This document shows positions 1 through 12,414 of a stretch of 64,000 bases of DNA, piece by piece. The notes under the pieces are model-generated. The model worked only from the letters and a program-made list of their open reading frames with translations. It did not search any database and was not told the origin of the DNA. The DNA lies in the NCBI GenBank assembly GCA_951406725.2, contig OX597837.1:4836001-4900000 (forward strand), given 5' to 3'. Position 1 is the stretch's first letter, and every line of letters starts with the position of its first letter. Origin of the DNA: Octopus vulgaris. Lineage: Eukaryota. Position numbers and translations under genes: made by a program.

Positions 1-244
1 AAAGAGTGAATGAACAAGGGAGAGAGAAGGAGAGTAATGGAATCGGCGTCTCTCATCCTGTTGTTGGTGATCAAATATATATCAAATATTGTGATCGATT
101 ATTCCACGACTTAACAAATATTTCTCGTTACCTACAAACATAGGCACAGACACACGCGCACACGCACACACACACACACACACATACACGTATGCGTATG
201 GACCTTGCGCGCGCACATGCTCGTATACACCACACACATACACA

Positions 245-448
245 TATACTCTTTTTACTCTTTTACTTGTTTCAGTCATTTGACTGCGGCCATGCTGGAG
301 CACCGCCTTTTAGTCGATCGAGCAAATCGATCCAAGGACTTATTCTTTGTAAGCCTAGTACTTATTCTATCGGTCTCTTTTGCCGAACCGCTAAGTTACG
401 GGGACGTAAACACACCAGCATCGGTTGTCAAGCGATGCTGGGAGACAA

Positions 449-501
<53 letters not shown>

Positions 502-683
502 TACATATATACATACATATATACGACGGGCTTCTTTCAGTTTCTGTCTACCAAATCCACTCACAAGGCTTTGGTCGGCCCGAGGTTATAATAGAAGACA
601 CTTGCCCAAAGTACCATGCAGTGAGACCGAACCCGGAAACATGTGGTTGACAAGCAAGCTACTTACCACACAGACACTCCTAT
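245..683 (-). mobile_element. tRNA-derived SINE family A (~400-450 bp with an internal TA/CA microsatellite)
   Basis: Reverse complement has A/B-box-like head and AAAAGAGT tail; other copies near 5284-5686, 9639-10008, 13874-14230, 19650-20075, 62220-62625. Confidence 0.85.
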
Positions 684-769
684 TAAAAACACAACACAGG
701 CATAGCACAGATTACATAAACACACACACACATACATACATACATACATACATACATACATACATACAT

Positions 770-805
<36 letters not shown>

Positions 806-928
806 GCATACACACAGAAAAACAAATGCATATCTTCTTTTATTTTATGTTTCAGCCAGGTGGGTGTGGTCATGCTGGAGCACCACCATGAATATGTAGA
901 TATAGATACAGATATATACATGTCTATT

Positions 929-974
<46 letters not shown>

Positions 975-1095
975 AATGTGAAACAAGGTGGAAAAAAGAG
1001 TACTCAAATACCAGTGGTAGAGTAATATGCTTTATTTTAAGCAGCAGAAAATTCAACAAAATCTGTTACTCTGAGTTTCTCGTTGCCGTTCAAAA

Positions 1096-1135
1096 ACTGT
1101 CTGATGAACGGCAACGAGAAACTCAGAGTAACAGA
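1096..1135 (+). ncRNA. Minimal type-I hammerhead ribozyme-like motif
   Basis: ctgt-CUGAUGA-acg(GCAA)cga-GAAAC-UCAGA-GUA-acag: stem I, conserved core, GNRA-capped stem II with one terminal mismatch, near-palindromic stem III. Confidence 0.55.
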
Positions 1136-1166
1136 TTTTGTTGAATTTTCTGCTGCTTAAAATATA

Positions 1167-1211
<45 letters not shown>

Positions 1212-1231
1212 TGCATTTATACGATATATAT

Positions 1232-1291
<60 letters not shown>

Positions 1292-1684
1292 ATGTATCTA
1301 TATATGCATGTGTGTATACATACATTCATATATAAATATGCATATATATATATACATATACATATGCATTCATACATACATACATATACATACAAATATA
1401 TATACACACACACATATATATATATGTACATACATATTTACATATATATACATATATAAATCGTATGTATATGCGTGTGTGTGCATGTTTGTATGTATCT
1501 GTAGGTATGTACGCGGATAATACATACATGTACATATATATGAATTTACATATATATATAAACATACATATACACATATATATAAATATATGTCATATAC
1601 ATATACATACATGCATGGATAAATATATATTAAATAGATATAGATATAGATATATGTATATATGCGCGCGTATAGGTGTTTAGG

Positions 1685-1718
<34 letters not shown>

Positions 1719-1927
1719 TGTATGGAGCCATGTTTACATTTAAAGGGACCGATTATAGAAATATGCGTTGGAAGATGAAATATGTTGAGGGCCAACGCTC
1801 GTATCATCCTCGGCTTTCATCTCTCTGTGTACACACGATGCAGTCTGTAGTGCAAACATGTTTTCCTCAGTCAACTGTTAGGCGACATGCTATCGTTAAA
1901 TGTAATTAGATGCGTGTGTGTGTATGC

Positions 1928-1958
<31 letters not shown>

Positions 1959-1964
1959 TGTTTA

Positions 1965-1980
1965 GAGATACAGACAGACT

Positions 1981-2026
<46 letters not shown>

Positions 2027-2113
2027 TAGATAGATAGAGAGAGGGCGAGGGGGAGAGACAGATAAATAGAGATAGACAGATAGAGATAGAGAGATAGAGA
2101 GATAAACAGATAG

Positions 2114-2188
<75 letters not shown>

Positions 2189-2225
2189 CAGACAAGCAGG
2201 CAGATAGACAGACAAGCAGGCAGGC

Positions 2226-2256
<31 letters not shown>

Positions 2257-2335
2257 TAGATAGATAGATAGAAAGAGAGAGGGGAGGAGAGACAGACAGA
2301 CAGATAGATAGAGATAGAGAGATAGATAGAGATAG

Positions 2336-2414
<79 letters not shown>

Positions 2415-2447
2415 CAGACAAGCAGGCAGATAGACAGACAAGCAGGC

Positions 2448-2494
<47 letters not shown>

Positions 2495-2750
2495 TAGATA
2501 GATAGATAGATAGAAAGAGAGAGGGGAGGAGAGACAGACAGACAGATAGATAGAGATAGAGAGATAGATATGTTTCTTTATTAGCCACACCGGGCTGCAC
2601 ACAGATAGAACAAATTACAAGGTAGAGCTTTTCTTTTGAAGGGTTAGGAAAAAAAAAAAAAAAAAAAAAAGGAAGGGGGTGTTTCGATCAAAAGGGATCG
2701 TAAAAGGAGAGAAAGAGGACAAAGAGAGATAGATAGATAGATAGAGATAG

Positions 2751-2841
<91 letters not shown>

Positions 2842-2910
2842 CAGGCAAGCAGGCAGATAGATAAACAGACAGACAAACAGACAGACAGTCAAACAAACAT
2901 ACAGACAGAT
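1965..2910. repeat. Compound (GATA)n/(GACA)n microsatellite with higher-order duplication
   Basis: Directly visible; recurring GAAAGAGAGAGGGGAGGAGAGAC spacer. Confidence 0.95.
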
Positions 2911-3484
2911 AAGCAGACTATAGTTAATAGGTGTTTGCACACAGAAAGTCAAAGTTCTCATTAAGAACAGTGATATGAAATATATTTAATGATACAACCC
3001 GTTAGTCACAATACATTAACTCGAATGTCTTAAGCAATCATCAAATGATAAATGCTCAAAGTCTTACCAGAATGTAATGAAATACATGAATTGTAATTTC
3101 TTTCTGTGCGAAGTTGCTGCTATTGTATTGCGGATATGAAAAACGGTAAGGGGTAAAATTCGTAATATATTATCAGGGTCACGTTATTTCCTTTGTGTTA
3201 CTTAAAACTAGGATGAGGAACTTACTAAATGTGACTAGGATTGAGGCTACAAAAAGCACTATGATGTGTATGTAAGGAAAATTAATGAGTTGAAAATATA
3301 AAACCATCGGTGAGTGTATAACAAAGAATAGTCTGCTAATAACTAAGATTATCGACACAAATGATAGTTACTAAAGAGATAGAAATGTTCCATCTTTGGT
3401 AATAACCGAATGAGAATATAGAGAGAAAAATTGCTTCTAATAAATAGTAGCTCGTGAACTGCTTCTTCACTTGGTGTTATATTC

Positions 3485-3640
3485 TTCCAGTGTTTTAGTA
3501 GATATTTATCGAAATGGCAACATTTGGTGAAGTTCTCCGATTTAAGATTTAGATGGTTTACAGATTTTGTTTTTTTATATGAGGCATTTTTCAGCTAGAC
3601 ATAACTGCAACTTTTTGCACCATTTCTGTAGTTTTAATAT
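3485..3640 (-). pseudogene. Highly decayed Penelope-like GIY-YIG C-terminal remnant
   Basis: YRNGAKSC/QLCLAEKCLI...HLNLKSENFTKCCHFDKYLL with frameshifts and stops. Confidence 0.5.
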
Positions 3641-3996
3641 TGCCACCAACTTTCAAAGGCAGTACTTTGTTCTTAAATAAATTGCTAATGTGGAGGTCCA
3701 GATACATTTCTCTTTTTCTATCTTTATGAAGGAATTATTATTGAAAAGTTATTGTTTAAATTTACTTTCGTGGATAGCTGCAGTGTTTGCGTTTGATAAC
3801 AGCGTAGATGATCGCTTTCAGCATTGTATGAATGATTAAAGAGGAATATATTTGGATTTTTACATGTACAATTAGTCTTAATTCGTTTAGTTGGTTTGCT
3901 TACGAACGTTTCTCATTCTGATGGTTCAACTGTATCTTAGCTTACGATTATTTCTGTTAAATAACTTCCTCTTTGTGTTTAATGAGAAAATAATTC

Positions 3997-4407
3997 GGAT
4001 CTTTTCGGTTTGAACGGCAGTTTTTTAAAATATTTTCCACGTAACTAAACACTTTTAAACTTCGTATACTGGTAGAATATGTTTATAAGACATCTTTTTC
4101 TCTTGGCTTTATTGAGAAAATTCTATAGTTTGTAAAATATTTGTTGTTATTTTTTTCTTCAATTTCTGCAATTTCAACCAATCAATGACGTCTATTGAGG
4201 TGAAAACATTCTGTGCCGTATAAATATGTCCCTCGTTTAAGAAACAGATTGGATTTATTTACATTTCTGAAGAAAAAAAGATACCCTTCCCCCACCCTAA
4301 CCCTAAAACAGATTGAAATGCAATATATCGATACTAGGGTCATAATTATGGGTGATAATTTCATATGACACCGCTAGAAAAAACTGTCGGTCAAACCGAA
4401 AAGATCC
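3997..4407. mobile_element. ~410-bp MITE with GGATCTTTTCGGTTTGA TIRs and 8-bp TSD
   Basis: TIRs at both ends; TSD AATAATTC on both sides; internal CCCTAA repeats. Confidence 0.9.
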
Positions 4408-5138
4408 AATAATTCTATATTAGACTAGGTAATATTTAACAATGTTAGACTAGAGACTTAAGAAAGAGAGATGTATGCATTAAATATCGCAGCGTTTCTT
4501 ACTATTTGATGGCAGAAGCTTAATTATATATGTGATCTTATCGTTTCATCCGCTCACTTTGTATGCTTTATTGTATTACGGAGCTGCATTGTAGAAGATT
4601 TCCTTATTCCATGACAGGCTACAGATATTTCTACTAATCTTTTTTAAAAACCTGATTTATAACCTGAGTACATGGAAAGAAACCTTTTTAACATAGAAAA
4701 GTTGTTTTTTTTTTAGATTTACTTCATTGTTTTTTGGACTGGAGCCATGCTTCAGCACCGCTTTGAAAGGTTTTAGTTAAACAAATTTACCCTAATATTT
4801 ATTTACTTTTTAAGTCTGGTACGATAGATATAGTCTTCTATTTCTTATGCGTTCATACCAGACTTAAAACAACAAATAAAAACATTTTTGGATTTTGATT
4901 GTCGTTGCCCTTGTAGGAAGAGCCTGACAATTCGATTAGTACGATCGATAATCATCATAGCAGTTCGGCCAAAGAGACCGATAGAATAAGTACTAGGCTT
5001 ACAAAGAATAAGTCCTGGGGTCGATTTGCTCGACGAAAGGCGATACTCCAGCATGGCCACAGTCAAATGACTGAAACAAGTAAAAGAGTAAAGAGTATAT
5101 ATATATATATATATACTCTCCTTGTTTTTTCTGTGTCC

Positions 5139-5174
5139 CTTTCTGTAGAAGAGCGTAGGCTCGAAACGTAAAAG
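5139..5174 (+). ncRNA. Hammerhead-like motif (A6U core variant) in a ~150-bp repeat
   Basis: cttt-CUGUAGA-A-GAGC(gtag)GCTC-GAAAC-GUA-aaag; identical motif at 7170-7205. Confidence 0.5.
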
Positions 5175-5475
5175 AATTTTTCTATTCCTGAGCGTTATAC
5201 TAATACATCTGTTAGTTTTGTACACCACCTGTCTTCGTCTTTTGTTTTTTCGTAAATTTTCCCTATATATATATATATCATTCTCATTTACTTGTTTCAG
5301 TCATTTGACTGTTGCCATGCTGGAGCACCGCCTTTAGTCGAGGAAATCGACCCCAGGACTTATTCTTTGTAAGCCTAGTACTTATTCTATCGGTCTCTTT
5401 TGCCGAACCGATAAGTTACGGGGACGTAAACACACCAGCATCGGTTGTCAAGCGATGTTGGTGGAGACAAACACA

Positions 5476-5530
<55 letters not shown>

Positions 5531-5803
5531 TATTACAAGCTTCTTTCAGTTTCTGTCTACCAAATCCACTCACAAGGCTTTGGTTGACCTGAGGAAGACA
5601 CTTGCCCAAGGTGCCACGCAGTGGGACTGAACCCGGAACTATGTGGTTCGTTAGCAAGCTACTTACCACACAGCCATTCCTACGCCTATATATATATAAT
5701 TTTTATTAAAAAAAAAAAAAACGAAGTAAAGGGGACAAGAGAAAAAACAACAACGCGGTACATGCGAAGTATGAATAAGAAGCTCAGGGAAGGAAAGAAA
5801 GGG

Positions 5804-5840
5804 TATTTTACGTTTCGAGCAGAGCTCTTCTTCAGAAACA
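5804..5840 (-). ncRNA. Minimal type-I hammerhead ribozyme motif (intact core)
   Basis: Reverse complement: tgttt-CUGAAGA-A-GAGC(ucu)GCUC-GAAAC-GUA-aaata. Confidence 0.65.
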
Positions 5841-6819
5841 GGAGACAGAGGAAAGTCCAAGAGAAAAAGAAAACGGAGGGAAAGAAAATCGTCAACTGCC
5901 CGCATGTGGTTACAACGATGGACTTATTTCATTTTTCGTCTACCAAATCCACTCACAAGGCTTTGGTTGCCCCGGGGATATAGTAGACAAGCCAAAGTGC
6001 CACGCCTTGGGACTGGAACCATGTGGTTGGGACGTAAATAAGTTTTAAGTTTTCATTTTATTTGTCATTTACTGATTTTTCATCAGTCTACGAAAAGCTT
6101 ATGTTGCAATCTTACGCAAAGACTTTTAATTTCACTTTTGTCACCCGCTATGTCTGTAGATCAGGAATTAATAGTCGGAGAGACATTTCGGGGCAGTTTA
6201 TATATGGAAAACTGTTTTCTGCTTCGAGTAGCTGTCACTAACAGCTGTGGAACTTTCTCAGTTTTCTCTTGCCAGAGGTTAACTTCTACTTAATATTGTT
6301 CCAACAGATTAACTTCAACCAGTTTAAAAATATATATTATCTATTTACTGCAACCGGTTACTATTTTTAACTTTTAATTTACATACAACAATACTTCCTA
6401 TAACACATTTATGCACTTCACTTTGTGAAATATGAATATATTTAACAGAGTCTAGCGAACACATTCCACCTTGATCTGTTGTAAATTAAGATTTATTATA
6501 TTCGAAGCTGAAGTCTGCACTATTGCAAATCTGTATTACAAACGAGGTGTAGTATTATTATTACTCAATGTCTACTAAACGGATTAGAAGTTTCTTTTTC
6601 TTGTAGGCACGTAGGAAATAAAATACATATAATCTATTATTTACATCTGTCTACACTAACTTTTCTTTCCAACATCCATTTTACTTTCTATATATATATA
6701 TAAACTCATGGCTCTATTCAGCCCTCATATAACCCTATAGAATAAGGCAGTGAAGGGAGTGGTTATTGTAACCAAAACACTAAGTTTGTCGTGCATCCAT
6801 ATACATACATACATATATA

Positions 6820-7123
6820 TATCACCGTGATCACCGTGACCGACCAGGCTATCAGATGTTGTTACACGTCGCTGGTCACAACGCGCTTCGCATTGTTTTA
6901 GCCTTGAAATGACGCCACCCCGCTGGCTAAGCGAGCAGGCCAACAGAAGAAAGAGTGAGAGAAAGTTGTGACGAAAGAGTACAGCAGGGATCGCCACCAC
7001 CCCCTGCCGGAGCTTCGTGGAGTTTTAGGTGTTTTCGCTCAATAAACACTCACAACGCCCGGTCTGGGAATTGAAACCGCGATCCTACGACCGCTGCCCT
7101 AACCACTAGGCCATTGCGCCTCC
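6820..7123 (-). mobile_element. tRNA-derived SINE family B
   Basis: Head GGAGGCGCAATGGCCTAGTGGTTAG...GGTTTCAATTCCC; related copies near 50900-51080 and 62748-62940. Confidence 0.75.
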
Positions 7124-7169
7124 ACACACACACATATATATATATATACATCCATATACTTCTGTGTCC

Positions 7170-7205
7170 CTTTCTGTAGAAGAGCGTAGGCTCGAAACGT
7201 AAAAG
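7170..7205 (+). ncRNA. Hammerhead-like motif, second copy of the 5139 family
   Basis: cttt-CUGUAGA-A-GAGC(gtag)GCTC-GAAACGUA-aaag. Confidence 0.5.
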
Positions 7206-7316
7206 ACTTTTTCTATTCCTGAGCGTTATACTAATACAGCTGTTTGTTTTGTACACCACTTATCTTCGTCTTTTGTTTTTTTCGTAAACTCTCCCTACAC
7301 ATACATACATACACAT

Positions 7317-7377
<61 letters not shown>

Positions 7378-7833
7378 TACATACCTATCATCATCGTTTA
7401 GCGTCCGTTTTCCATGCTAGCATGGTTTGGACGGTTCGACCGAGGATCTGGGAAGCCAGAAGGCTGCACCAGGCCCAGTCTGATCAGGCAGTGTTTCTAC
7501 AGCTGGATGCCCTTCCCATTGCCACCCACTCTGTGAGTGTAGGGGGTGCTTTTTACGTGCCATCCGCACAGGGGCCAGAGGAGGTTGGCAACTGCTACGA
7601 TCAGTTGGCACGGGTATCACAGCTACAATTTCCATTTGATTTTCATTTTGATGTTGATGTACTTGACTCAATAGGTCTCCTCAAGCACAGCAGGTCGCCC
7701 CACGATCCAAGGTACTTTTGAATGGGCTGAGGCTGGTTATGCAAAAGCCGTGAACTCACTTTATTTGCCGGGTCTTCACAGTCACAGCATATCTCCAGAG
7801 GTCTTGGTCTTTCAGCATTGCCTCATACATACA

Positions 7834-8201
7834 TCTCTCTATATATAAACGGCAGTTTGTCTGTGCGTGTTTCTGTGTGTCTGTTTGCTTGTACCCTCAC
7901 CCTGACCACGGCTTTCAACCGATTCTGATGAAACTTGACACGCACATAGCCCAATGTCATAATTCAAAACTAACGCAGCGAAAATTTTGAAAAGTTCCCC
8001 CAGTTCTGAACAAAATCGATAAATTCGACATGGGGTCGAGAATCATAAACACAAACCACAAACTGTCTAGGGGACGCAACTCCACCTTTTAAAAAAAAAA
8101 ATTTACCATCATTTTTTTCCCATTTGTTGGCTATAACTCTCTAAAAATGCTTTATAGTTATTTCCCTTACAAACCTGAGCAACGCCGGGCGATACTGCTA
8201 G
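7834..8201 (+). mobile_element. Non-autonomous Helitron-like element
   Basis: 5' TC start, subterminal hairpin CCTGAGCAACGCCGGG, 3' CTAG end, inserted between A and T. Confidence 0.7.
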
Positions 8202-8223
8202 TATATATATATGTGTATACATA

Positions 8224-9475
8224 CGAGGGGCGTTCAATAAGTAATGCCCCTGACCCACTTGCAGTTGTTTGATCTAGCTGAAATTTTGCATGTGCACTTA
8301 TTTATACCTCTATAGAGCTCTGAACTAATTGTGGTTTCTGATTTACAGGTGTTTGAACTGAGTCAAGTGTGAAATGGAGCCTGTTGAGTGTCGAACAGTG
8401 ATCTGGTTTTTGTATTTGAAAGGACGCACACCACGGGAGACTTTTGATGAAATGAAAGTAACTTATGGTGATGATGCCCCATCATATGACCTTGTAAAAC
8501 GCTGGCATTGTGAATTCAAACATAGTCGGAACTCTGTGGAAACAGCTCCCAGATCTGGTCGCCCCTTCTGCCGTTGATGAGACGTCTGTCCGTCAAGTTG
8601 AGGCTGCCATTTTGGAAGGTCAACGCATAACTATTCGCCAAATAGCCCATAAGGTCAAGATTAGTACCGGGTCTGTGGAAACTATCATTCATGACCATTT
8701 GCATATGCAAAAGGTGTCTGCCAGATGGATTTCCAGGTTGCTCACACCTTTCCTGAAGCAAGAACGCGTTGAGTGCTCGAGGATGAATTTGGAGATGTGC
8801 CAAGAAGATGAGTCAAAATTTTTCAAAAGACTGATCACACAGGATAAAACCTGGGTCCATCACTATGATCCATAGACCAAAGCCCAGTCAATGCAGTGAA
8901 AGCACCGTGACTCACCTCCTCCAAAGAAGGCAAGGGTGCAGCCCTCCGCTGACAAGGTCATGCTCACAGTCTTCTGGGACCAGGACGGAGTAGTGATGAC
9001 AGATTTCCTGGCAAAGGGTACCACAATTACAGGAGCCTATTATGCTTCACTTTTGAGGAAATTAAGAGAAGCTATCAAAATCAAGAGGCGGGGCAAGATC
9101 AGCAAAAGCATCCTCCTCCTGCAGGACAACGCTCCGGTCCACAACTCGCGTGTCGCCAGATCAGAAGCACAGGCGTGCAGCTATGAACTCCTCCCCTTGC
9201 ACCCTCTGATTTTCACCTCTTCCCAGCCATGAAGTTGATTTTGAAAGGAAAGCGTTTCCCAGATGATGCAGCCTTGATTTCTGAAGTCACGTCGTGGTTG
9301 GAGGACCAAGCTGGGGTCTTCTACAAAAACGGTCTCCAGAGCTGTATCAAACGATGGGAGAAATGCATAACTCTGGGTAATTCCTATGTAGAAAAAGACT
9401 AATAACTGTGCCAAGTGTCGTTGCTCTACTGCTATGGGAAGTGGGTCAGGGGCATTACTTATTGAACGCCCCTCG
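8224..9475 (+). mobile_element. Full-length decayed mariner (Tc1/mariner, DD34D-type) DNA transposon
   Basis: Perfect 37-bp TIRs (CGAGGGGCGTTCAATAAGTAATGCCCCTGACCCACTT) with TA on both flanks; transposase fragments at 8374-9402 with HTH region, DKTW, DNA and SDF motifs. Confidence 0.95.
8374..9402 (+). pseudogene. Mariner transposase pseudogene
   Basis: Frameshift near 8570, in-frame stops near 8873 and 8897, and a deletion removing most of the YSPDLAP motif. Confidence 0.9.
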
Positions 9476-10413
9476 TATATATGTGTGTGTGTGTGTTATT
9501 ACGATTACTATATAATGTAATATGCAGCTCAGACTAAAGGCTGAGTATTCCTAAGACAGACAGTGTGATATTATGTAAGTACGTCAGACCTTTAAATTAA
9601 AATTTCATCCAACAGGGTTTAGTTTTCGTCAAATACATAGGCGCAGGTGTGGCTGTGTGGTAAGAAGCTTGCTTCCTAGCCACATGGTTCTGGGTTCAGT
9701 TCTACTGTGTGGCACCTTGGGCAAATGTCTCCTACTATAGCCTCAGGCCGACCAAAGCCTTGTTAGTGGATTTGGCAGATGGAAATTGAAAGAAGCCCGT
9801 CGTAAATGGGTGGGTGTGTGTGCGTGTTTGTCCCTTATCACTTGACAACAGATGCTGATGTGTTTACATCCCCGTAACTTAGCGGTTCGGCAAAAGAGGC
9901 CAATAATATAAGAACTAGGTTTCCAAAGAATAAGTATTGGGGTTGATTTGCTCGACTAAAGTTGGTGCTCCAGCATGGCCGCAGTCAAATGACTGAAACG
10001 AAAGAATACTTGACCAAAAGATTCAATAAAAGACACTCGCCTAAGGTCACCTTAGGCGAGTGTCTTTTATTGAATCTTTTGGTCAAGTATTCTTGAAGTG
10101 GAATTGAACCTGGGACCTCATTCCTTAAAAAATTATAATTCTTAACCATGCCTGCACTCAAATACAGTTAATTATCGTCCTTGAAATAGCAGCCAGATCT
10201 CCCTCAAGTTACACCTTACCAGCTTAAGAAAACTATAAGTCATCTAGACAATGAAGTTCTAGTTAGTCAGGATGGTCACGGTTGGACCACATTTGATCCC
10301 GAAACTGCTCGATTAAAACCGACCTGGAACAAAACAATAACAGGCTGTGCAACTACAGAACCACAGATTCTCTCATCTCAGCAACAACAAAACAAAAAAC
10401 ATTTTGTAAACAT

Positions 10414-10823
10414 CGGCACAGGAGTGGCTGTGTGGTAAGTAGCTTGCTTACCAACCACATGGTTCCGGGTTCAGTCCCACTGTATGGCACTTTGGGCAAG
10501 TGTCTTCTACTATAGCCTTGGGCCGACCAAAGCCTTGTGAGTGGATTTGGTAGACGGAAACTGAAAGAAGCCCGTCGTGTATATGTATCTCTATATATAT
10601 GTGTGTGTGTTTGTGTGTCTGTGTTTGTCCCCCCCAACATCGCTTGACAACCGATGCTGGTGTGTTTGCATCCCCGTCACTTAACGGTTCGGCAAAAGAG
10701 ACCGATAGAATAAGTACTAGGCTTACAAAGAATAAGTCCCAGGGTCGATTTGCTTGACAAAAGGCGATGCTCCAGCATGGCCACAGTCAAATGACGGAAA
10801 CAAGTAAAAGAGTGAAAAAGAGT
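10414..10823 (+). mobile_element. SINE family A copy
   Basis: GGCACAGGAGTGGCTGTGTGGTAAG...GGTTCAGTCCC...GTAAAAGAGT tail. Confidence 0.88.
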
Positions 10824-11212
10824 ATTGAAATAACAACAAAACCAAAGTTAACATTTATAACAAATTTAACAATTTGCAAGAGAAATTATACACAGAGTAT
10901 TTTCTTATTATTCTGAGTACCCAAGTACCACATACCCCTGATTTGTCCTGGGTACTTGAGTATTATGTACCCTTGATAATATTGTTTATTGTCCAGTTTT
11001 TTTTTGTTGTTTCTTTTTTTGTTATTTCCTTTTAAGCCACACTTCTCAATATGGCAAGACACTTCTCCCTTATACACAATGTCAGAATTTCACCATAATT
11101 ACTGTTTGACCAAAATGTATAACGTTAGTGAGTGTGTGTGTGTGTGTGTATATATAATATATATGCATGTTATATATGTGCGTATGTATGTAGGTCAGTA
11201 TGTATATGTGTA

Positions 11213-11256
<44 letters not shown>

Positions 11257-11424
11257 AGAACAAGTAAATCATTAATCTACAATTATTTTGTCTTTTAAAG
11301 AAAAAAAATCTCTGCTGATATATAATACAAATATTGTGAGTGATCTGATGATGCACAGATATTATATATATATAACCATGTTCATTTGACGTTCACTTTC
11401 CAAGCTGGCATGGGTGGGATCATG

Positions 11425-11460
<36 letters not shown>

Positions 11461-11575
11461 CTTAAATTATGTACATGTATGTATATATCATTATCGTCGC
11501 TTTTCCATGATCATATAGATATATTTTGTGTATATTTGTAAAAAATATACAATTTATATATTCATGCTTGTGTAG

Positions 11576-11632
<57 letters not shown>

Positions 11633-12237
11633 ATAAACATATACATGTTTATGTGTATATATGTGTGTGTAAAATACATATGCTTGTGTACACATCGGCA
11701 CGAATGTATGAACAATGTATATAAGCATATATGCATGCGTGTGTGTGATTGTGAGTGTACAGCACAAAACCAAGTCTTCTGTAGAATAAAAAAAAAAGAA
11801 AAAGTAACAAAAAATGGTGATTCTTTGAAAGCAACAAAACAAAAAGGGATTTCAAAACGAATATTAAATCAAGCTCTTGGATTCTGAACCAAAATATAAA
11901 AAGGGACCATTTTATTAAATTTGGGTTTTTTTCTTTTTCTTTTTTTTATCAAGGCATGGGTTAAGTGGATTATTGGGGGGGGGGGGGGGAGTAGGGGTTT
12001 GTAAATTTATCTACATGAAAGAGCTCAAAAGATGAACAGGAAGAAACCAGGTAACCAGCTGAAAAGAACCAATAGAGCATACATAATACCCACTCAGCCT
12101 ACAAAGAAGCTGAGCAAGAGGTCATTATACATATACATACATATATATATATATAACACACACGTGTGTATATGTATATATATATATATATATATACTCA
12201 CACGTGTATATATAGCAAGGTCATTATACATATACAT

Positions 12238-12276
<39 letters not shown>

Positions 12277-12373
12277 CTCATACACACACACATATATATA
12301 TACTCACACATATATATATAGCAAGGTCATTATACATACACACACATACTTATACATATATAAAACTCAAGTG

Positions 12374-12414
<41 letters not shown>

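Noticed and set aside
82-2961. Many ORFs rich in HT, IY, YLSI or CV repeats
   Set aside because: Translations of (CA)n, (TA)n, (GATA)n and SINE sequence, not genes
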